34,670 nucleotides of DNA, taken from positions 1 to 34,670 of the forward strand of contig JBKHAI010000001.1 of the NCBI GenBank assembly GCA_046542915.1, given 5' to 3'. Below are positions 7,844-15,286 of the stretch, one piece after another. The position numbers and the translations under genes are program-made. The stretch comes from Minisyncoccota bacterium (GTDB taxonomy: Bacteria; Patescibacteriota; Minisyncoccia; Phycocordibacterales; CSBR16-193). The notes under the pieces are model-generated. The model worked only from the letters and a program-made list of their open reading frames with translations, was not told the origin of the DNA and searched no databases. The stretch's first letter is position 1. Every line of letters starts with the position of its first letter.

Positions 7844-10800
7844 TTAATTTTTTATAAATGATGCCAAGGTTTTTTTAACCTCTTGTAGTGAATCTTTGTC
7901 CAACCTTTTCTCCTCCACATTTAGCTCCTCTGAGCCTGAGCCGGCATTTATTTTGCCGTCCAAAGAAAGATCGATCCTAAACTCTTTAGTTTCACCTTCG
8001 GATACTCCCTTTTCTATGGTTATTGAAACCCCACCTTCATCTTTTCTTTCTATTTCCAAATTATCTTTGCTCACCTTACTGTCATTTAAGGAGTCCTCTC
8101 CCAAAAAATCCTTGAGTGTTCTTTCCGGTTTATCCCCGGGCATAGCGTCATCATTCCAGTTCTCAAAATAAAGATCGGCTAGAGCTTTCTTTGTTCCACC
8201 CTCAAGCTCCGTGGAATCAATAACACCGAGTAGATGCTCCACCGTTTCCTCGTTGCCTTCAGAAATACCGTATCTTTCCATTATTTCCTTAGTTTTTGTG
8301 CCTTCTAAAACACCTTCTTCCGTCGTTGCCTCCCCCGAAATTATTTCTTCCACTTTATCAGATGTTAAAAGCTCGGAAGGGTTTTCTCTGACCCACTCGG
8401 CTATCTTTTGATTATTTTCAATGATCCTGTCAATGTCTCCGTTACTAAGATTACTTGCCGACTCAAACATTCTGGTGATCGCTTCTTCTTCCTTCATTAT
8501 TGTAGAGAGGTCAATTCTCTGCCCCGATTGGACAATGTCTATATTATCTACTCCTTCCATTCCGAAACGATCGGGGTCTTCGGCGATCTTGTCTTTTATA
8601 GCATCCAGCAAGTAAGTCTTTTGAGCCTCATTAAAATTATCGAACCCTTCAAAGTGACTTCCGATCTTTTCCTCGACAGCTTTCCAGACCGAACCACTTT
8701 CTTTAACTTCCGCTACATAGGTCTCGGTTGGATCTTCAAATTGAATTTTGGTATCTGTTTCTTTTTCCGGTTCTAATTTTTCAAAAGTCTCCGTATCCGC
8801 CTCTTGGGGCACCATCTCCGGTGCCGGTTCGGACTTTACTTTTTCTTGCTCTTTTAAGATATCTTCCGGTGGCTTTGGAACCGGTGGAGCTTCCGGTTCC
8901 TTTGGTTCAGGTTCGGAAATTGACGGCTCCGGTTCAGTTTCAGTGAAGACCTGTGGCTCCGGCGCTTTCTCGGAAGTTTCAACTTCTTCTCTGACAAGCT
9001 CCATCACGTCACGCGACGAAGATAACATCCTTTCCATAACTTCTCCGTTCGCCAAAACCGTTGAAAGATCAAGTTTTTGCCCCGGTTGGACAATATCTAT
9101 GTCGTCCACCCCCTCCATTCCGAACTGTTCCGGATCTTCAGCTATCCTTTCAAGCACCTGAGCCGTTAAGTACTCCTTTTGAATTTTAGTTAGACCGTCA
9201 AAATACCCCAACTCGTTTAGTTTGGCTTCTGTAACATCCCAGACTGAATCCCCGGCTTCTATCTGAGTTACAAATTCCTCGTTATAAGATGGAGTCTCTT
9301 CCACGGTCGTATCATCAGGAGCGGGTGGCTCATCAGGATCAAGGTCTTGTTTTGGGTCTTCGTTTTGAAGATCGTCCGAAGGATCAGGAACTTCTTCCGG
9401 TTGAGTTTCTTCTTTTTCTGCGGATAATTCCTCTTCACTTGCAGCTTGTGGTATTTCCCGAGGTTCCGGTTCGGCAATTTCCACCTCCGACTTTTCTTCA
9501 ACCGTCAGGTCATTCTTCAGTTCATCTATTTTTAAGATGTTTTCATACTTTTCAATCAAAGAATTCTTACCCTCCTCCAAACGGTCTTCCAACCATTGAT
9601 ATTCCGCCCCCTCACTCAACCCCTTCTCCTGCACCCTCTCAAGCGCCTGTTGATATATCTTTAATTCCTTAATAGAATCTTCCAGTTTCACTTTCTCGCT
9701 CAAACCAAAATCATCCGCCTCCTCGGCAACAGAAAAATCAATGAACTTGGCGGCGTCAAAATTCATAAAATTGCCGGCAAAATCCAGATCCGTGACGTTA
9801 CCCTCATCGTCTTTGACAAAATTGAGTCTTGTAAAATCAAAGGAGCTCTCTTTCTCCGCTTCTAAAGATCCGGTTTCTTCAAGCTCCTCCGCCGAGCCGC
9901 TTGGAGAGTCTCCTTCGGGAACACCGGCATAAGCTTCGGATGAACCAAAGGCATCTTTCATTTTACCAAGGATCTCTTCCTGGTTTCCGCCGAAAAGATC
10001 CGCCATACTTGAAAAGACCCTACTGACGGCCCCGGACCCCACCAAAACTCCGGCGGTACCGGCCAAGATATAACGCCTATATCTTTCACCTTTCTTTCGG
10101 CCTTCCAGTTCAAAGAGTTTGTTATCAAGTTCGGCGTTTCCGGAATTAAGTTTTTCTTCAAGACCTTTAGCAAAAAGTTCTGACACTTCTTTTTCCGTCT
10201 TTTTTTCCTGACTTTTCTTTATCAATCCTTCCAGACCGACCGCGGTAGCGGCACCACTTAACACTCTCTGAGCTCGGGACCCGGCTATGGCACCGGTTGC
10301 CAAAGCGGCACCGGCAGCACCGCCTAAGGCGCCGGCTCCGGCCCCCAGTCCTAAAAGACCGGCGGAAATACCCAGTTTATACCTTAACGGCAGACCCCGA
10401 TACCAGTTGGCTACTTTTTTACCGGTCTCTTTAGCTTTTTCTTTTAAAGAATCCGGTTTTTCGTTTAAAGCAGCTTCCAGTTTGGCTTCGTGGAGGTTGT
10501 TGGCTTCCAGGGTCAGGGTTTCTTGAAAGATCTCTTTTTTACGGGCTTCTTTTTGTTCATCGGAGATATCTTGTTCGTCCAGTTCTTTTAATTTAGTATT
10601 TCGATATTCCTTCAGAGCTTCCAGGTACTCTTCTTTCTTTCTGAGATACTCCGGGTTTTCATTCTTTTTATAGTCTTCTTTGGTTGCGTTGATCTGATCA
10701 CCTTGACCTTTCCAAAAATTAACTTTGTTTCTTTTTTTGACCCATAATTCCGCCTCTCTATCAACTTCCGCGAATTTCTGGCGTTTTTGATATAAAAGAA

Positions 10801-10966
10801 CGTCCGGAGTAATTTCCTTACCTTCATTATCTTCTTTTATTTGTTCCGGGTCTTTTTCGTACCCTTGCACTTCGGAGAGATCTTCGCTATGTCCTTTCAA
10901 ATCGGGTGGAGTTTCTTTTTTTATCCCATCGATTGGTTCTACGTGGTTTTTTTCATTGAGGTCCAT
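7844..10966 (-). CDS. Giant acidic membrane-anchored protein, paralog B (same TM core, F-rich module, two LysM-like modules, extra C-terminal domain)
   Basis: 1040-aa ORF that starts 7 bp after the ATPase stop codon. Its 167-aa core is identical to paralog A, while the remaining modules are rearranged and diverged. It contains Pro/Glu-rich linkers (EPEPSISEPEPKEPEAPPVPKPPE). Confidence 0.75.
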   Translation of the reverse strand: MDLNEKNHVEPIDGIKKETPPDLKGHSEDLSEVQGYEKDPEQIKEDNEGKEITPDVLLYQKRQKFAEVDREAELWVKKRNKVNFWKGQGDQINATKEDYKKNENPEYLRKKEEYLEALKEYRNTKLKELDEQDISDEQKEARKKEIFQETLTLEANNLHEAKLEAALNEKPDSLKEKAKETGKKVANWYRGLPLRYKLGISAGLLGLGAGAGALGGAAGAALATGAIAGSRAQRVLSGAATAVGLEGLIKKSQEKKTEKEVSELFAKGLEEKLNSGNAELDNKLFELEGRKKGERYRRYILAGTAGVLVGSGAVSRVFSSMADLFGGNQEEILGKMKDAFGSSEAYAGVPEGDSPSGSAEELEETGSLEAEKESSFDFTRLNFVKDDEGNVTDLDFAGNFMNFDAAKFIDFSVAEEADDFGLSEKVKLEDSIKELKIYQQALERVQEKGLSEGAEYQWLEDRLEEGKNSLIEKYENILKIDELKNDLTVEEKSEVEIAEPEPREIPQAASEEELSAEKEETQPEEVPDPSDDLQNEDPKQDLDPDEPPAPDDTTVEETPSYNEEFVTQIEAGDSVWDVTEAKLNELGYFDGLTKIQKEYLTAQVLERIAEDPEQFGMEGVDDIDIVQPGQKLDLSTVLANGEVMERMLSSSRDVMELVREEVETSEKAPEPQVFTETEPEPSISEPEPKEPEAPPVPKPPEDILKEQEKVKSEPAPEMVPQEADTETFEKLEPEKETDTKIQFEDPTETYVAEVKESGSVWKAVEEKIGSHFEGFDNFNEAQKTYLLDAIKDKIAEDPDRFGMEGVDNIDIVQSGQRIDLSTIMKEEEAITRMFESASNLSNGDIDRIIENNQKIAEWVRENPSELLTSDKVEEIISGEATTEEGVLEGTKTKEIMERYGISEGNEETVEHLLGVIDSTELEGGTKKALADLYFENWNDDAMPGDKPERTLKDFLGEDSLNDSKVSKDNLEIERKDEGGVSITIEKGVSEGETKEFRIDLSLDGKINAGSGSEELNVEEKRLDKDSLQEVKKTLASFIKN
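10021..10523. repeat. Direct repeat R2, copy B
   Basis: See 4826..5328. Confidence 0.9.
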
Positions 10967-10973
10967 AATATAC

Positions 10974-13724
10974 TTATATTACTTCTTTATATTTCATTTG
11001 AATGTCTTCTTCAACGTCTTCCCGAGGGCGTCCGTATCTTATATAAGACAGTTGTTTAAGGTCCTCCACTTGACTTTGATCTCCCTCTTGAGGAGGAAGA
11101 GGGTTGAAATTAAAGGGTCTACTAGGATAACCGTTAACCAAGATCTTTCCGACGGCATGGTAGTTCTTTAAGTTCATAATATTATTTGTGGAGAACTCGG
11201 GCTCAAACTGAGAAGAAAGAAACTCGGCGTCTTCATATCCCACTCTAAACGAAACCATTGATCCAACGTTACCGAATATGGAGTCACGGATCCCGTCATC
11301 GAGCTGAGAAATGAACTGATGGAACACGCTCAAACAAAGCTTGTACTTTCTGGCCTCCGATAAAATAGTGTTAATGGAATCGGTAGTAACGTTCTGAAAC
11401 TCATCAATATATAAATAAAATGGTGGCAAATCTTTAGAAACCTCACGAGAAAGAGCTGCCATCAATATTTTACCAACCAAGATAAGACCCAACAAGTGAG
11501 AATTAATATCTCCTAGTTTTCCTTTAGAGAGGTTAACCAGTAAGATCTTTCGATTATCCATAACATCCTTAAAATCAAAAGATGATCTTTCCTGAGCTAT
11601 TATCGGTCTCATAATGTCATTGGCAGTAAAAACATCAAATTTACTGGTTATATAGGGAACAATATTCTCAAGCTGTGACTCACCTCCAGCCTTTGTGGCT
11701 ATTTCGTTCCAAAATTGGTTCACTACCGGGTTTTTGCATTTAGATAATTTGTGATCTCTGAATTCCTTGTTAGACAAAACCTTGGATATATCCAAAAGGG
11801 TACTGTTCGTATCCGGATCCTCAAGAGTGAGCATTGTCGCGTTCCTGAAGTACTGTTCAAATATTGGCCCCATCGCTTCGGGATTACTTGAATAAAGTTT
11901 CTGAAAGATACTAAAGAGTTCATTAACAACAAAAGTTTTTTGCTCGGGACTTTCTTTATCATACTCAAGCATATTCAAAGCCATTGATCTTTTTGTATAA
12001 CCGGGCTCAAAATATATCACGTCATCAAACCTTTCCTTCGGGATCCTTTGCAGTACATCATCAATATCAGATCCATGAGGGTCTATCATACAAACTCCGT
12101 CACCATTTTGAATATCCTGAATGATCATGTTCTTTAGAAAGTTGGTTTTACCAGTACCGGTCTGCCCTATTGTGTAAAGGTGTCTAACTCTGTCTTCTTT
12201 GGACATATAAACTTCGGTCTTTTGATTCCTGTGCTCATTTATGCCTAAAAGTATGCCGTTTCTATGCATATCAGGCGGAGGAGGCGCCGTTTTATGAGTG
12301 GTCTGTTTGAACTCCGGAGACGAGACAGTGCTTAAAGAAGTGTGCATCATAGAGGTCAGTTCTTTAATGTTCAACGGTAAGGCGTTCTTTCTGTTGAAGC
12401 GCCGGAATATGAAATCTTTGGATAGGCGGTCAAGTTTCTTACCTTTCAATCTCTTAAACTCAAGCTTGTTGCCGGTTGAGTTCTCAAACTGATTGAACGA
12501 GGCCTCTATTTCGTCAAGCATTAGATCACATCTTTCCTTGCTGTCAGCGGAAGAGATCACCCTGATATTAGTGGGAATGATCATGGCGGACATCTTTTTC
12601 TTTACTTCCTCTATCACTACTTGGTCAGGTTGGCGCGGAGACTCGTCAACTTCTTTTTTATTATTACCGGAAATTTCTTTGAATATACCTTTTAAGACAT
12701 TAAGCGTATCCCAGGAAATATTCTCTGCCGCTTCTTTTAAGGAATAACCCTTTTCCAGTTGCGTTAATATCTGTCGGTTGCGATTTGAGTGTTCTCCGGT
12801 CCCGGGATTAAAAACGAACTGAAGAGCAACCCCTTCCCTTTTTTCCGCTATCTTGGAAAAGGCGTTTAAGATCACATTCATAGGATCATGATCAAATTCC
12901 TCGTAACTTTTTAAAGGCAATGAAGGGTCTTTTTTAAACTCAGCAATTGATCCGGCCACAACTCCTTTTTCTACAAAGATGTTGTAGTCATTCTTTCTTT
13001 CTATTATTTGGGCCTCCGGAAAAACAGAAAGGAGCTGCTTTTCAAAGACCACTGTCTTCTCATCCGGAATAGCGGCATACATAACAATGTTACTACTTTC
13101 TTCAGAAGTGGCTATTTCAAAAGTGAAAAAACCCCCTTCCTTGGCACTAACCCCCGCAACGGAATGCATTCCGGCGTAAAACTGCTCCATCGAGGAAACT
13201 ATCTCTTTAAAGGTCTTTTGTTTATCTTCATCAGAATCTTTTTTCGGCAAAGATATCTCAAAAAGGGTCATTTTAAAAGAACGCCAGAGCTCCGTCTTTT
13301 CTTTTAATCCCTTGATAGAATGGCCGGTCTTTAACCACTGAACCAAAACTCGGTGAAGATCATCTTCAAGATGATAATCCTGCATCTTTTCAACCAAAGA
13401 GAGGGTGTTATGAACTCCCTTCTCTTCCATTGTTTCCAAGAGTTTGCTTATTTTAATGTCGTGATCTTCCGGTTCTATATCCAAAAGACGGGAAAGTTTA
13501 TCGGCTTCCGTCATCTCGGCATTTTCTGAGAGAACCTCGGAAGCCGGTTTTTTTTGGTATTCCTTGACCTTTTCTACACTGGCGTCTTCTTTTTCTTTTT
13601 TTTCCGCGGCTTCTCCCAATTCTTCTTCTTTTTTCGCCAACTCTTGACGCAGGAAATCAAGTTCTTCCTGGGGAGTTTCAAAGCTTTTTTTAGTTTCTCG
13701 GTCTCCTAACGACTCTTGATTCAT
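10974..13724 (-). CDS. TraD/TrwB/VirD4-like (FtsK-HerA superfamily) P-loop ATPase with an uncharacterised ~480-aa N-terminal region and no TM segments
   Basis: 916-aa ORF. Walker A is HLYTIGQTGTGKTNF (about nt 12141..12167) followed by CMIDPHGS. Walker B is FYLYIDEFQNV (about nt 11391..11425). The C-terminal GNVGSMVSFRVG…AEFL resembles coupling-protein C-terminal domains. I saw no hydrophobic helix in the N-terminal half. Confidence 0.65.
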   Translation of the reverse strand: MNQESLGDRETKKSFETPQEELDFLRQELAKKEEELGEAAEKKEKEDASVEKVKEYQKKPASEVLSENAEMTEADKLSRLLDIEPEDHDIKISKLLETMEEKGVHNTLSLVEKMQDYHLEDDLHRVLVQWLKTGHSIKGLKEKTELWRSFKMTLFEISLPKKDSDEDKQKTFKEIVSSMEQFYAGMHSVAGVSAKEGGFFTFEIATSEESSNIVMYAAIPDEKTVVFEKQLLSVFPEAQIIERKNDYNIFVEKGVVAGSIAEFKKDPSLPLKSYEEFDHDPMNVILNAFSKIAEKREGVALQFVFNPGTGEHSNRNRQILTQLEKGYSLKEAAENISWDTLNVLKGIFKEISGNNKKEVDESPRQPDQVVIEEVKKKMSAMIIPTNIRVISSADSKERCDLMLDEIEASFNQFENSTGNKLEFKRLKGKKLDRLSKDFIFRRFNRKNALPLNIKELTSMMHTSLSTVSSPEFKQTTHKTAPPPPDMHRNGILLGINEHRNQKTEVYMSKEDRVRHLYTIGQTGTGKTNFLKNMIIQDIQNGDGVCMIDPHGSDIDDVLQRIPKERFDDVIYFEPGYTKRSMALNMLEYDKESPEQKTFVVNELFSIFQKLYSSNPEAMGPIFEQYFRNATMLTLEDPDTNSTLLDISKVLSNKEFRDHKLSKCKNPVVNQFWNEIATKAGGESQLENIVPYITSKFDVFTANDIMRPIIAQERSSFDFKDVMDNRKILLVNLSKGKLGDINSHLLGLILVGKILMAALSREVSKDLPPFYLYIDEFQNVTTDSINTILSEARKYKLCLSVFHQFISQLDDGIRDSIFGNVGSMVSFRVGYEDAEFLSSQFEPEFSTNNIMNLKNYHAVGKILVNGYPSRPFNFNPLPPQEGDQSQVEDLKQLSYIRYGRPREDVEEDIQMKYKEVI

Positions 13725-13732
13725 TAGTTATC

Positions 13733-13760
13733 ATTATACAGCATAAAATTAAGCAGTAAA
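13733..13760 (-). promoter_or_regulatory. Candidate sigma70-type promoter for the ATPase-led locus
   Basis: On the minus strand: TTTACT (13760..13755), a 16-nt spacer, then TATAAT (13738..13733). Only 8 nt separate the -10 element from the ATG at 13724, which would imply a leaderless or nearly leaderless transcript. AT-rich DNA produces such hexamers by chance. Confidence 0.35.
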
Positions 13761-13787
13761 TTAACTACTTGGTCCGGAAATTGCTTC

Positions 13788-14771
13788 TTAGTGAACAAAG
13801 AAAACATATCCCAAAAATCCTCCATAAATAGCCAAAAGCAACAACGCTTCCTGAATTACCAACTTTTGGCTTGTTTTCAGAGAAAAGAAGAACACGATAG
13901 CGGCCACAACCAAAAAGATCCGGCCGGCCATAGCCACATCAACATTATCTACCGGAATAGGGCTCATCAAAGAGACCAATCCCAGAACCAGAGTTGCCGG
14001 TATTACCACGGAACCCATTACACAACCCAAGAGCATCCAATTATCTCCTTTAAAAGAGGCGGTGGAAGCAAAGTATATTTGCGGTAAAGAATTTCCGACA
14101 CCAACTATCAAAACACCTATCATAAGAAGGGACAGACCGAAACCCTCCGCAAAATAGGTTGCCGAGATAACTATCCCTTGGGCGGCGATGACTATCAAGA
14201 CCAGACTAACTAAGATCTTTAAGACATCTCGGAGATTTAAATCGGAATCGCTCGGCATCTCTTCTTTTTTACGTTGACTGCGTTCAAGAATAAATCTTTC
14301 TCTTTTATAAAATAGCCAGATCACGTAAGCAAAAAAGAACGATATCAGAATAACTCCGTCAACTCTGGTTAAGACCCCATTAAAAACCAAGACCGAAGGA
14401 AGCAAGGCGGCGCCCAGTGTAAAAAAAAGCGACCATTGCACGGTCCGGCTGGCCGCGGTTATTTCCTTTTTAACCGAAAAAAATAAGGCCAAAGGAGCCG
14501 CCACGGTAAGAGCGATAAGATTTCCACCGATAACGTCACCAAAGGACAACTCCGGTACGCCTTTTAGAGCAGAAGTAATACCGACAAAAAAATTGGGCAG
14601 TGAGGAAGTAAAGGCCATTACTAAAAAAGCCAGGACGAACTCTCTCCAACCAAATCTATAAGATATCTTACTCACTCCTCCGATTATCCAACTGCCACTG
14701 AAATAAAAAACAGTACAAGATAAAATGAAAATGCCTATATATATAAAAGCCTCCGGAAACATAGATCCCAA
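13788..14771 (-). CDS. Na+/Ca2+ exchanger family (CaCA, YrbG-like) membrane protein
   Basis: Polytopic membrane protein of 327 aa with two alpha-repeat-like motifs (FGDVIGGNLIALTV and VGVGNSLPQIYFAST). The track start is TTG; the ATG at 14762..14760 (MFPEAF…) is the more likely start. Confidence 0.7.
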   Translation of the reverse strand: MGSMFPEAFIYIGIFILSCTVFYFSGSWIIGGVSKISYRFGWREFVLAFLVMAFTSSLPNFFVGITSALKGVPELSFGDVIGGNLIALTVAAPLALFFSVKKEITAASRTVQWSLFFTLGAALLPSVLVFNGVLTRVDGVILISFFFAYVIWLFYKRERFILERSQRKKEEMPSDSDLNLRDVLKILVSLVLIVIAAQGIVISATYFAEGFGLSLLMIGVLIVGVGNSLPQIYFASTASFKGDNWMLLGCVMGSVVIPATLVLGLVSLMSPIPVDNVDVAMAGRIFLVVAAIVFFFSLKTSQKLVIQEALLLLAIYGGFLGYVFFVH

Positions 14772-14838
14772 GCTAAGTATTTTCGTTATTAATTATGATC
14801 ATCTATTCGCTAAGATAAGAGACAACAAACTTTATCAC

Positions 14839-15213
14839 CTACTCGGAAGTTTCTGTATCAGCAACCGCCCGACATCCTTCTATGGTCTTATCTCCCGTTT
14901 TAAGAGTAGCTTCTTCACCTTCTATTTTTAAAACTACGAGACCGTCACCGCTTTCGTAACTAGCACTGGAGGTTGAGACCACACCTTCAAGGAGTAAGGT
15001 TCGGCCACTGGGTAGAGTAAACTCAACCATTGAACCATCGGAATGAAAAAGAGTATCTAGTACAACTCCGTCATCGCATTCATATTTATCGGCCATAACA
15101 AGCTCTTCCTCTTTCTCCTTGGATGGAGCTTCCCTGTCCCACTGCAAAACCAGAATTAGGACCGAAGCCAATAAAAGTACCACTCCTAAAATAATAAGTA
15201 TGTACCTATTCAT
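14839..15213 (-). CDS. Secreted or anchored MliC-like (C-type lysozyme inhibitor fold) protein
   Basis: 124 aa. It has an N-terminal hydrophobic signal or anchor (ILIILGVVLLLASVLILVL). The pattern YECDDG…VEFTLPSGRTLLLEGVVSTSSASYESGDGLVVLKIEGEEATLKTGDKTIEGC then matches the MliC layout (YxCdxG … SaSGarY … KGdEAtl … C). Confidence 0.5.
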   Translation of the reverse strand: MNRYILIILGVVLLLASVLILVLQWDREAPSKEKEEELVMADKYECDDGVVLDTLFHSDGSMVEFTLPSGRTLLLEGVVSTSSASYESGDGLVVLKIEGEEATLKTGDKTIEGCRAVADTETSE

Positions 15214-15286
15214 ATTCTTTTATTAGTACAGCTTAATATTATCACGCTTTCTTTAGCTGACAAAGGAAAAGTGTTGGTATTGGAAC

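Noticed and set aside
3199-10523. Diversity-generating retroelement (template/variable repeat) as the explanation for the repeat pairs
   Set aside because: No reverse transcriptase gene is present. The repeat copies are identical or differ by one transition, rather than differing at adenine positions. The variable parts lie outside the repeats, not inside them.
3171-13724. Integrative/conjugative element, prophage or transposon
   Set aside because: I found no integrase, transposase, relaxase, VirB4/VirB6, capsid or terminase-like ORF. There are no terminal inverted repeats, and the only tRNA (20700..20772) is 7 kb away with no flanking direct repeat. The coupling-protein-like ATPase alone is not evidence of mobility.
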